Source: Pseudomonadota bacterium (GTDB taxonomy: Bacteria; Pseudomonadota; Alphaproteobacteria; Rickettsiales; UBA6187). Taken from it: a stretch of DNA of 64,000 nucleotides. The position numbers and the translations under genes are program-made. The notes under the pieces were generated by a model. The model did not search any database and was not told where the DNA came from. It was given only the letters and a program-made list of their open reading frames with translations. Positions within the stretch are counted from its first letter, which is position 1. Each line of letters opens with the position of its first letter. Below, one piece after another: positions 48,008-56,769 of the stretch. The stretch is taken from positions 448,718 through 512,717 of the forward strand of contig JAQCEY010000001.1 of assembly GCA_027620075.1 (NCBI GenBank). Reading direction: 5' to 3'.

Positions 48008-49789
48008 ATGCACGATACTAAAAATCTCATTTTCGCTATAGTTCTATCGCTTATAGTATTGTTTTGTTGGCAGTATTTCTATGCCGGCCCTAAAATTGAG
48101 CAGGCAAGGAAATATGCCCAAGAGCAGCAGAAAAAGAAGTTAAAAGAGGCACAGATGATGCCGGGCAACGAGCAAGCCTCCACCGCCTCACCGGACGATG
48201 CCTCCGCTTCAATTCAAACACCTGCTATATATAATGAATTAAGAAGTTCGGATAGGCAGAAGGTTTTAGAACAGGTAAAGCGCATAAAAATACAGACCGG
48301 CAAGCTGCATGGCTCCATATCCTTAAAAGGTGCAAGGTTTGATGACCTGACACTCGCTGACCATAAGATTTACAATGATAAAGATGCCGATGAGGTTGCA
48401 CTTTTATCACCGGTCGGTTTATTAGCACCTAAAAACAATGAGGACGACCCCGATCATGAAATAGTTTATTTCTCGGAGTTCGGGTGGCTTAAGGGAGATA
48501 CCTCGGTAACGGTTCCCGATGCCAAAACTATATGGTACTCCGAAGACACAGTGTTGACCCCCGAAAAACCCGTTACATTATCGTGGGATAACAATCACGG
48601 TCTAAAATTCTTTATACAAATTGCAATCGATAAGAACTTTTTATTTACAGTCACAAAAACCATTGAGAATTATGGCAGTGACAGCTATCTGGTATTTCCT
48701 TACGGACGTATCAACAGAGTAAAGGAAAAAGAGCAAACGTTTTTTATATCACATGAAGGTGCTATAGGTGCTATAAACGGCAAGTTATCGGAATTTACCT
48801 ATGAAGACCTAAAGGACGACGGCAAGGTTAAATTCGATAACAGCTCGGGCTGGTTAGGAATTGCCGACAAATACTGGCTAACTACCGTCATTCCCGATCA
48901 AGAACAAAAATTTGATATAAATTTCAGCCACTTTGATAGCAAAGGGCAAGACAAATATCAGGTGGACTATCTCGGTAATAGGATAGAAATTACTCCCGGA
49001 CAGACAATAAACTCTAAAGTTAACCTGTTCGCCGGTCCAAAAGAGGTGAATAAGCTTGATGAATACGGTGAAAAACTAAATATCCCTTTATTTGACCGTG
49101 CGGTAGATTTCGGAGTGCTATATTTCCTGACCAAGCCTATTTATAAGCTTTTGATGATATTCTACGGTTTTGTAGAAAATTTCGGTATTGCAATAATGAT
49201 GCTTACGGTTCTTTTGAAGCTGTGCCTGTTTCCTCTTGCCAACAAGTCATATGTCAGTATGCACCATTTAAAAAGACTGCAACCGCAAATGCTTGATATA
49301 AAAGAGCGTTATAAAAACGATAAGGTGGCAATGAACAAAGCCATGATGGATTTATATAAAGAGGAAAAAGTAAACCCTATGTCCGGTTGCTTGCCTATTT
49401 TAATTCAAATTCCTATATTCTTTGCACTATATAAGGTTTTATTCGTAACTATAGAAATGCGGCACGCACCTTTTTACGGGTGGATAAACGATTTATCCGC
49501 ACCGGATCCTACTACTATATTTAACCTTTTCGGTTTATTACCTTTCGATCCTCCACAGATATTAATGGTAGGTGCATGGCCGATAATTATGGGTATTACA
49601 ATGTTCCTGCAACAAAAGATGAGTCCTGCACCGACTGATCCGGTACAAGCTAAAGTTATGAAGATGTTGCCGTGGATATTCGTATTTTTGTTATCCACCT
49701 TCCCTGCCGGTTTAGTTATATACTGGGCATGGAACAACACTCTTTCTATTTTACAACAATGGGTTATAACCAGACGTCTGCCGAAATGA
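48008..49789 (+). CDS. yidC: Membrane protein insertase YidC
   Basis: 593 aa with an N-terminal TM segment, a periplasmic domain and a C-terminal 60-kDa insertase core (GCLPILIQIPIFFALY...). Confidence 0.9.
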   Translation: MHDTKNLIFAIVLSLIVLFCWQYFYAGPKIEQARKYAQEQQKKKLKEAQMMPGNEQASTASPDDASASIQTPAIYNELRSSDRQKVLEQVKRIKIQTGKLHGSISLKGARFDDLTLADHKIYNDKDADEVALLSPVGLLAPKNNEDDPDHEIVYFSEFGWLKGDTSVTVPDAKTIWYSEDTVLTPEKPVTLSWDNNHGLKFFIQIAIDKNFLFTVTKTIENYGSDSYLVFPYGRINRVKEKEQTFFISHEGAIGAINGKLSEFTYEDLKDDGKVKFDNSSGWLGIADKYWLTTVIPDQEQKFDINFSHFDSKGQDKYQVDYLGNRIEITPGQTINSKVNLFAGPKEVNKLDEYGEKLNIPLFDRAVDFGVLYFLTKPIYKLLMIFYGFVENFGIAIMMLTVLLKLCLFPLANKSYVSMHHLKRLQPQMLDIKERYKNDKVAMNKAMMDLYKEEKVNPMSGCLPILIQIPIFFALYKVLFVTIEMRHAPFYGWINDLSAPDPTTIFNLFGLLPFDPPQILMVGAWPIIMGITMFLQQKMSPAPTDPVQAKVMKMLPWIFVFLLSTFPAGLVIYWAWNNTLSILQQWVITRRLPK

Positions 49790-50418
49790 TGAATGAAAAT
49801 GAAGATTTAGACATTGAAAAAGGAAAATGGCTGTTTTCCGGTCAATGTGATTTTAAAATAGGAGCTACCGAGCTATCGCATATACCGGAATCGGATATAA
49901 GCGAGGTGGCTTTTGCGGGTCTTTCTAATGTCGGTAAATCCAGCCTTATTAATGCTATAACAGGCAGGACTACCCTTGCCAGAACTTCAGTGACACCCGG
50001 TCGCACAAGGCAATTGAACTTTTTTCTGCTTAGGGACTGCTTAACTTTAGTTGATTTACCCGGCTACGGCTATGCAAAGGCTTCTAAAAAAGATATTAAG
50101 GGCTGGACGGATCTTACCAAAAAATACTTAAAAGGTCGCCCTAACCTTGCAAGGGTTATGCTGCTTGTAGACTCCAGAAGAGGCTTAAAGGACAGTGACC
50201 GCAGTATCATGGATTTATTGGACGAATCGGCGGTAAACTACCAAATAATATTAACAAAATCCGATAAAGTAAAAAAACTAGATGTAGAAAAAATTATTTC
50301 TGATATAAAGGCAGAGGCTCATAAGCATATTGCACTTCATCCGGAGGTAATCACTACAAGCAGCCGGAAAAATATCGGAATAGATACGATTAGAGCCATA
50401 ATTGCAAGTTTTACATAA
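49786..50418 (+). CDS. engB: Ribosome biogenesis GTPase YihA/EngB
   Basis: VAFAGLSNVGKSSLINAI...DLPGYGYA...TKSDK. The likely start is the ATG overlapping the yidC stop (ATGA). The upstream part of the track ORF lies inside yidC. Confidence 0.85.
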   Translation: MMNENEDLDIEKGKWLFSGQCDFKIGATELSHIPESDISEVAFAGLSNVGKSSLINAITGRTTLARTSVTPGRTRQLNFFLLRDCLTLVDLPGYGYAKASKKDIKGWTDLTKKYLKGRPNLARVMLLVDSRRGLKDSDRSIMDLLDESAVNYQIILTKSDKVKKLDVEKIISDIKAEAHKHIALHPEVITTSSRKNIGIDTIRAIIASFT

Positions 50419-50433
50419 GAACGATTAAAAAAT

Positions 50434-51345
50434 ATGTCACAAAAATCTAAAGAAAAAGATAGAGTCAAGCAATTAGAAAAAGCCAAGATTTTATCCGAAG
50501 CATTACCTTATATGCGTCAATTCGCAGGCGAGACTTTCGTCATAAAATATGGTGGCAGTGCTATGGGCAACCCTGAGCTTGCAAAGACTTTTGCACGAGA
50601 TGTAGTTATGCTCAAACAGGTAGGTATCAACCCTATCATTGTGCATGGCGGAGGGCCTCAAATAAGCTCTATGCTTGAGAAGCTTAAGATACAAAGCTCA
50701 TTTATTGACGGTTTAAGGGTAACCGATCAGGCTACCGTTGAAATAGTTGAGATGGTGCTTTCCGGCTCCATAAACAAACAAATAGTGTCCGAGATAAATA
50801 TGGCAGGCGGTATGGCTATAGGTATTTCGGGTAAAGATGGCGGTCTTATATCAGCCAGAAAACTAAGACGCACAAAAAGTGACCCCGATTCAAATATCGA
50901 ACAGATACTTGACCTTGGTTTTGTAGGAGAACCGACAGATATTAACCCTGAAACACTGGTTATGTTTGAAGAATCCGATATAATTCCCGTTATAGCCCCG
51001 ATAGGTAGAGGGGCAAATGGTGAAACATATAATATAAACGCCGATAGTGCTGCCGGAGCTATTGCCTCTTCAATTGCGGCAACAAAATTACTAATGTTGA
51101 CCGATGTACCGGGGATATTGGATAAAAACGGCGAGCTTATATCTGAAATAACCATTAGTCAGGCTCAAAAACTGATTAGGAACAAGACCATATCCGGCGG
51201 AATGATTCCAAAGGTAGAAACTTGTATCAACGCTCTTAACAACCATACCGAGGCAGCACATATATTAGACGGAAGACTACCGCATGTGTTGTTACTTGAA
51301 ATATTCACCGAACTTGGTACAGGCTCAATGATATTGCAGGGTTAA
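50434..51345 (+). CDS. argB: Acetylglutamate kinase
   Basis: [10 protein letters not shown]...IVHGGGPQI...[12 protein letters not shown]. Confidence 0.92.
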   Translation: MSQKSKEKDRVKQLEKAKILSEALPYMRQFAGETFVIKYGGSAMGNPELAKTFARDVVMLKQVGINPIIVHGGGPQISSMLEKLKIQSSFIDGLRVTDQATVEIVEMVLSGSINKQIVSEINMAGGMAIGISGKDGGLISARKLRRTKSDPDSNIEQILDLGFVGEPTDINPETLVMFEESDIIPVIAPIGRGANGETYNINADSAAGAIASSIAATKLLMLTDVPGILDKNGELISEITISQAQKLIRNKTISGGMIPKVETCINALNNHTEAAHILDGRLPHVLLLEIFTELGTGSMILQG

Positions 51346-51373
51346 GTTTATTGAACACTCTATAGCCCTTTAA

Positions 51374-51519
51374 ATTATAGTATTTACACTTTTGTACACG
51401 CATGATTGTCATCCCCGCTTTATGCGGGGATCTACCGTCAATTTAAATTAGATCCCCCTATAATTGCCTACGACAATTCGGGGGATGGCAGCAGTATTGA
51501 AAAGTGTGAATACTATAAT
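51374..51519. mobile_element. 146-bp MITE-like element with 20-bp terminal inverted repeats and two GC-rich hairpins
   Basis: Left TIR attatagtatttacactttt (51374-51393) matches the reverse complement of aaaagtgtgaatactataat (51500-51519) at 19/20. Internal hairpins are atccccgc-N5-gcggggat (51411-51431) and atccccc...gggggat (51452-51486). No clear TSD. Confidence 0.6.
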
Positions 51520-51530
51520 CGACAAATCCG

Positions 51531-52112
51531 TTAATTCTTAACAACAAAATCAATGCCGCTTATTATATCACTGTTATTGACGATGCTTACCAGTTCTTCG
51601 TGCAATCCGTCTTCGCTAAATTCCGTCAAAGACTCATCGGCAATTTTAACGACATACTGCCCCGGCACTACACCTGAGAAAATATAAAAGCCGTCAAACT
51701 CGCTTTTTGTTTCCTTAACCACCTCCCCTTCATTGTTAACCAGTTGCATAGTGATTCTTGCTATACCTTTAGTATCTTCACCCTGCTCCAAATATACCGT
51801 TCCATCTATCTCCGTAGTCAGATAAACCGGAAAATCAAGCTCGTTCATGGCTCCGGGTCTTGTTACAACATGGTATCCTTCCACCTTAGGCATCCAAAAC
51901 GGGTCTTCCAATGTTGTAATATCTATCCTTACGGGTGAATTCTTATATGCTTCTATATTCGGGATAACCACCGGAGATGTATCATTTCCTTTGAATTTAC
52001 CGTTTTCACTTATAAAACCGACATCAGGTATAACTTCGTCACCATCGTCAAAAATACCGTTATAGTTATTATCAAGGAACGCCCTTAGACTCAAAGCACC
52101 CTCATTTGACAT
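51531..52112 (-). CDS. Usher C-terminal fragment with SdrD-B-like and CarboxypepD_reg-like beta-sandwich repeats (same frame as 52149-54215)
   Basis: No signal peptide. FLDNNYNGIFDDGDEVIPDV is an SdrD-B-type motif, and DGTVYLEQ...ITMQLVNNEGEVVKETKSEFDGFYIFSGVVPGQYVVKI is a CarboxypepD_reg-type motif. The frame stays open up to the TAG at 52149-52151. Confidence 0.6.
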   Translation of the reverse strand: MSNEGALSLRAFLDNNYNGIFDDGDEVIPDVGFISENGKFKGNDTSPVVIPNIEAYKNSPVRIDITTLEDPFWMPKVEGYHVVTRPGAMNELDFPVYLTTEIDGTVYLEQGEDTKGIARITMQLVNNEGEVVKETKSEFDGFYIFSGVVPGQYVVKIADESLTEFSEDGLHEELVSIVNNSDIISGIDFVVKN

Positions 52113-52148
52113 ATCCCTATCACTGAAGAACCATCTATCTTGGCGCGG

Positions 52149-54215
52149 CTAATGCCCCATTGAGAAAGAAAGTCTTGTTCCTGCCGTGATATTATCCTGA
52201 TCGTCAAAACCGGCAACGGTACTTAAGGTAAAATATTTAAAGCGTTTATTGAGCGATATGTTAAGCGAGGTAATATCCTCCCCTACCAAATCCTTTCTTA
52301 TATTAAACCTTGCATTTGTTTCACGGGTTATTTGCTTTTGTCCTATAAAGTTTATACTTGTTATCTGCGACTCGGGAGTTATATCATAATCGGCACTCAA
52401 CCTTAATGAGGCATTTTTATATCTGGCACGGACAGACAAACTACCGCCTGACGTATCCGTAATCGTTGAAGAATCTTTTGTTGACGTATAATCGACATTA
52501 TTAGTCAAGCCTATACCGAAGAATGTAGTCGAAAGTCTGTTACTAAAGGTGCTTATTTCCCTTTCATTTTCAAATACTTCATGCTCTGTGCTAAAACGGT
52601 AAGCAATACCTGAAGAATTAAGGCTGCTTATCCTTCCGTCCAAGTCTACCTTGCTTGTCATAAGGCGTTGTTGTGAGCCTGATTCTTCTATTTCACTTAC
52701 AAAATCATCATAAAATGCCTGCCTTGCCCTGACATTTATCTCCTTTATCTTGGCATTTGCCAATATCTCGCTTGCCCACCCTCCATCTGTCGAGTCATAT
52801 ACAAAGTTAACATCGGTAAGCATTCCGGCAGAGAACAGCTTATTAAAACTATTTGTTACCCCTATTGATTGATAATTATGGAATTTTCCATCTTCTAACG
52901 GGGTGCGGATAAACCCTACACTACCGGTAACCGAAGAAGTTAATCCGTAATCAAAATCGGCTACATACCTCTCCCCTAATTCATGCCTTATTATATCATC
53001 ATCTTCATCTATACCGAAAATCGTTTCTGACTTTCTATCGACTGAAAATCGATAAGTAAAATCACCTTTCGGCAAAATTGAGTTATCTATAAGATAAGTT
53101 TCCGTTTTTTCCTTAACCTGACCTTGCGGACCATATGACACTATCCTGAATATATTGTTACCGAAAAAGATAGGAACGTCATTAAATTCATATCTGCCGT
53201 CATCGCCTACTATTTGAAAATCAACCAGAACACCGTTCCTGTAGATTTCAACCTCCCAACCGGGTTGCTCGTCACCTACAAAATTTGTTGAGTCAAAGTC
53301 ATCTGCAACATCAAGGTCTTTATTTGAAACGGTGAATCCCGTTCCCCTGCCTCTTGACGTAACCATTGACACGGGAACCGACGTAATGTCACCGAATGAA
53401 TATGATTTAGCGTCAGCTTTACCGAGCAAGCCTCCGTCTTCACTGCTACGCCCCATATTGAACCTTAATGCAGTCAGCGAGTCCCTGTTATCACCTGCTA
53501 CGGTCAGTTGTGCGGTATGGTAGGCAAGATCACCCTGAGATATAACCGAATATGTAGAATTATGCGGAGAAGCACTTTGATTGCTATAATCGTAACCCAA
53601 ATCAAAATCAACGAACGGATATGAAGCAATTTCGTAAGGTTTTTTGATGACATCATAACCCTTGTCGTCAATTCCCATCTTACGTAAACTTTTAGTGCGT
53701 ATTTTTTCTCTTTCCATACGCTCCTGAAAAGGAAGACTTTCACGGGGCTTTACAAACAAGACCAAGTCAGAGAAGTTTAGCTCAAGATCGACAGGAAACC
53801 ACTGCGAAAAATAAGAGGAATCCACATAAAGATCATTAAAACCTTTGCTGATTATCCTGCCGTCCAGTTTTTTCTTCACCCCTTCTACAACAACTTCGCC
53901 TGCTGCCACATCAAGAACGAAAATCCTATTTTCCTTTATAAACCAACCGCTAGCCGATTCATTTTGATAATCAACTTTCACCTGAAATTCTAATATATTT
54001 GCAAGCATACCCAGAGGTACCAAAAAACCTCCGTCATACTGGTAAACTTCCACTATCTCACCCGTACCGAGTTTATTAACAAATATCTCCGTAAGGACTA
54101 GGTTGTCTTCTGAAAGCTCTATCTTTTGGTAACCGGTATTTTCAGTCGCATAAACGTTTGAACAAAAAAAGCCCGTTATACTAAACATTAATATAAAAAA
54201 TATGCTACGGCACAT
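52149..54215 (-). CDS. Fimbrial outer-membrane usher, N-terminal 688 aa, ending at an in-frame TAG
   Basis: Signal peptide (FFCSNVYA|TEN), an usher N-terminal domain (VNKLGTGEIVEVYQYDGGFLVPLGML), a plug-like segment (GWEVEIYRNGVLVDFQIVGDDGRYEFNDVPIFFGNNIFRIVSYGPQG) and a long beta-rich region. It lies downstream of a PapD-like chaperone. Confidence 0.75.
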   Translation of the reverse strand: MCRSIFFILMFSITGFFCSNVYATENTGYQKIELSEDNLVLTEIFVNKLGTGEIVEVYQYDGGFLVPLGMLANILEFQVKVDYQNESASGWFIKENRIFVLDVAAGEVVVEGVKKKLDGRIISKGFNDLYVDSSYFSQWFPVDLELNFSDLVLFVKPRESLPFQERMEREKIRTKSLRKMGIDDKGYDVIKKPYEIASYPFVDFDLGYDYSNQSASPHNSTYSVISQGDLAYHTAQLTVAGDNRDSLTALRFNMGRSSEDGGLLGKADAKSYSFGDITSVPVSMVTSRGRGTGFTVSNKDLDVADDFDSTNFVGDEQPGWEVEIYRNGVLVDFQIVGDDGRYEFNDVPIFFGNNIFRIVSYGPQGQVKEKTETYLIDNSILPKGDFTYRFSVDRKSETIFGIDEDDDIIRHELGERYVADFDYGLTSSVTGSVGFIRTPLEDGKFHNYQSIGVTNSFNKLFSAGMLTDVNFVYDSTDGGWASEILANAKIKEINVRARQAFYDDFVSEIEESGSQQRLMTSKVDLDGRISSLNSSGIAYRFSTEHEVFENEREISTFSNRLSTTFFGIGLTNNVDYTSTKDSSTITDTSGGSLSVRARYKNASLRLSADYDITPESQITSINFIGQKQITRETNARFNIRKDLVGEDITSLNISLNKRFKYFTLSTVAGFDDQDNITAGTRLSFSMGH

Positions 54216-54268
54216 GAACTTTTAATCCGTTTATAGATTAAATCTTTTGAATTTAAGTTGTGTATATT

Positions 54269-54313
54269 TGTCATTCCACGAATTTGTTTAGTAAAACAAA
54301 TTATAAGATGACA
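54269..54313. repeat. Intercistronic palindromic hairpin between the chaperone and usher genes
   Basis: tgtcattccacg-aatttgttt-agta-aaacaaatt-ataag-atgaca. The inner 9-bp stem is perfect, the outer tgtcat/atgaca arms are inverted, and the gtcattcc head is shared with other repeats in the window. Confidence 0.55.
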
Positions 54314-54345
54314 CCGATTAGTAAAATAAATTCAAAGTTACTAAA

Positions 54346-55179
54346 CTATAGTTCTATTTTTTCACTAGCTAATATCTCGCCGCCTTCTTTGGCTTTGGCT
54401 TTGTACTGCACCTCAAGAGTTCCTCCATCGATACTTACACCTTCGGGAACGTCCAGCATCACCTTGAATCTTCTATTTTTATTAGGTGAATATACCGCCA
54501 GACCCCCCATAGATTTCAGTATGAGTTCCGTTCCGTCTTTAGCTTTATAAAGAACTATAATATCACCGTACATTGAGCTGTTACCGGTTCTGGTTATATC
54601 AAACTCAACACTTTTAATGCCGTCATCATTTGAAACAAGTTTAAGGTCGTTTATCTGTCCTGTTGCAGAAATTTCCCCCTGCCTTATTATTACCGGTATT
54701 GTAACTCCGAAATTCGCCTTAATACTGATAATTAACGAGTTATCAGTCTGCTCACTGTTTTTTTCACGTTCGGTAGTATCTTCATTAACTATCTTGAAAT
54801 TCAAATGCGACCTATACTCACCGTCTTCAAGATCGGCAGGTTTTCTTGCCAATATCCTTACATTCTGGTGTTCACCGGGTTGTAAAGTGATTCTGCGTGG
54901 AGATATCCTTAACATATCGGTAGCGAATTTTTCACCTTCGATTGCTTCCTCATCGTCACCTATAGGCACTATAGTACCGTCCTCCTGCATTCTCCTATTC
55001 ACTATGGAAATGGCATATGTTCCTTCCACATTACCGTTATTTGCAACGGATACCGATGCACTACGGGTTCTTCCGTCCAGCAATACTCTTGTAGGTGTGA
55101 TTAAAAGACCCGGTTTTTCTTGTGCGAATGCCACCTCTGAGAACGCTAGGAAAACTATTAAAAAAAGTACCTTTTTCAT
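54346..55179 (-). CDS. PapD-like periplasmic pilus chaperone
   Basis: Signal peptide, then LLITPTRVLLDGRTRSASVSVANNGN and RISPRRITLQPGEHQNVRI, the two hallmark strands of fimbrial chaperones. The size suits a two-domain chaperone. Confidence 0.75.
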   Translation of the reverse strand: MKKVLFLIVFLAFSEVAFAQEKPGLLITPTRVLLDGRTRSASVSVANNGNVEGTYAISIVNRRMQEDGTIVPIGDDEEAIEGEKFATDMLRISPRRITLQPGEHQNVRILARKPADLEDGEYRSHLNFKIVNEDTTEREKNSEQTDNSLIISIKANFGVTIPVIIRQGEISATGQINDLKLVSNDDGIKSVEFDITRTGNSSMYGDIIVLYKAKDGTELILKSMGGLAVYSPNKNRRFKVMLDVPEGVSIDGGTLEVQYKAKAKEGGEILASEKIEL

Positions 55180-55191
55180 TAAAATTCCTTC

Positions 55192-55677
55192 TTAATCGTA
55201 ATTTATATCAATGTTATAACAAGGAGTAAGGACTCCGCCGGGCGTACTTGAATTAATCACCAAGGTGGCTCCATATGTCAGATTTTGCCCTCTCCATGCA
55301 GGAGGAAGTCCGTTAGCTGAGTTTATAAAGTTAACCCCGGAATAATTAGCGACAAACCTTCTAAGCTGCAGTCCCAAGGCAGAATTACTTGAGCATTCGT
55401 CAAATGATATCTGTATATCATTCCTTCTGCTTCCCGATATTCTATCACGACCTGCCGATACGGCAGTAGTATCAAGCATTATCGCCGTTGTTCCGCCACC
55501 TACGGAACCGTTTCTTCTAACTACGATACTTACATTACCCGAAGTTGGCTTTGCCACTTTGCCAAAATTGAGTTCACGGATATTTACCGCCCGCTGTGCG
55601 TAAGAATCGATAGATATGAGAATAAACGCAAATGTAATAAATGCTGTAATAATTTTATATTGCATTAACTTAAACAA
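55192..55677 (-). CDS. Secreted pilus subunit 3 (DUF4402/SCPU-like)
   Basis: Signal peptide (SIDSYA|QRA), LNFGKV motif, and a C-terminal YGATLVINSSTPGGVLTPCYNIDINYD shared with the ORFs at 55986 and 56770. Confidence 0.7.
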   Translation of the reverse strand: MFKLMQYKIITAFITFAFILISIDSYAQRAVNIRELNFGKVAKPTSGNVSIVVRRNGSVGGGTTAIMLDTTAVSAGRDRISGSRRNDIQISFDECSSNSALGLQLRRFVANYSGVNFINSANGLPPAWRGQNLTYGATLVINSSTPGGVLTPCYNIDINYD

Positions 55678-55789
55678 CTCTATCTTTTGTATATCTTATA
55701 AATACTAACAAAAGAATAGGAAAGTTCAACAATATATAGTAGTTAGAATGCAGTTATACACCACTATTTTGATATTTTATGGAATTTGC

Positions 55790-55977
55790 TATAGGAACCT
55801 CTACAAAACTCAAAAAACTTACTCTCCCCTTGAGGGAGAGTTAAAAACACGAAGTGTTTTTGTGAGGGGTGGAAACTTGCAAGTGTTTTTTATACCTGCA
55901 TGTGTCGCCCCCTCCCTAACAAAGAAGATACTGAAACAAGTTCAGTATGACAAAAACTATGTTTAGTTAGCAATAAC
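55790..55977. repeat. Composite intergenic repeat inside the pilus cluster
   Basis: ctctccccttgagggagag, aaaacacgaagtgtttt, gtgaggggtgg and ccccctccct match modules at 31123-31215. tactgaaacaagttcagtatgacaaaaactatgtttagttagcaat matches the right half and TIR of the 24510 element. Confidence 0.6.
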
Positions 55978-55985
55978 GATAAATA

Positions 55986-56480
55986 TTATTCGTAATAGAT
56001 TGCAATGTTGAAGTCAGGCTCATAATAACCTGATTGTGTATCTCCGTTAACCTTAAGGGTAGCACCTAACTTAAGCTTAGCGTCCCGACCCGGAGCAGAC
56101 CTAACAATATTGTTATCCCCGTTATCTGCTCCGTTCGAGTAGCTCACAACGAAATCATCAATCTTCACTTTAGACTCTTGTGTGCTTTCACTTGCTACGG
56201 ATATTTGTATCGAGTTACTTGTTGAACCGCTTATCCTATACTCGCTTTCAGGCATTTGTCTTACATATTCCTCTTTGCCGCCATTGTTTTTTTTCTGAAA
56301 CAACTTTTGGAAAAAAGAAACCGAAGTATCAATGCTCAATGTTTCAAAACCGCTTTCCTGACTAAAAACCGTCGGTTCAACTATTTCTACACTTGCAACA
56401 GCGCTAGCCTTAATGGCTTTTGCTTCAAATGAAGCAGAACACATTAATACCGGCAGCAATGTTGCGTATAAAAGTTTCAC
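55986..56480 (-). CDS. Secreted pilus subunit 2 (DUF4402/SCPU-like), GTG start
   Basis: Signal peptide (SFEAKA|IKA) and a C-terminal LGATLKVNGDTQSGYYEPDFNIAIYYE. Confidence 0.65.
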   Translation of the reverse strand: MKLLYATLLPVLMCSASFEAKAIKASAVASVEIVEPTVFSQESGFETLSIDTSVSFFQKLFQKKNNGGKEEYVRQMPESEYRISGSTSNSIQISVASESTQESKVKIDDFVVSYSNGADNGDNNIVRSAPGRDAKLKLGATLKVNGDTQSGYYEPDFNIAIYYE

Positions 56481-56715
56481 TAAAAATATCCCCTAACCAT
56501 TTACAAATACATAAATAATATACATATTTATATATATACGGTCGCAAGCATCGTGCCAGATTCGTTACAATCGGTGTGAATGCAGTATTTAGGGATAATA
56601 ATGGGATATTCTTGTTAAATAAAGATTTTTTCAATTTTTAGTATAATTTTTTGTACAGTTTAACAATTTATACTTTAGAATAACTAATAAAAATATAAAA
56701 GACATATTCGCCAAA

Positions 56716-56746
56716 CAAAAAAAAGAGCTAGAAGCTCTTTTTTTTA
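56716..56746 (-). terminator. Rho-independent terminator/attenuator directly after the first pilin gene
   Basis: aaagagct (56722-56729) pairs with agctcttt (56733-56740), flanked by an A-run and a T-run. It lies about 25 nt downstream of the stop at 56770. Confidence 0.65.
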
Positions 56747-56769
56747 AAGTTATTGGAAGTTATTTTTTC

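Noticed and set aside
49672-49785. N-terminal extensions of track ORFs: engB from 49672, pccB to 8109, metK to 34941, cobS to 32295, ctaE to 41774.
   Set aside because: The extensions overlap upstream genes or add non-conserved residues ahead of the canonical family N-termini. Internal ATGs with better context were chosen instead.
55748-55966. 72-aa track ORF between pilus subunit genes 2 and 3.
   Set aside because: It lies on the strand opposite to the operon and consists of the same repeat modules (PLEGELKTRSVFVRGG...). It is a spurious read-through of a composite repeat.
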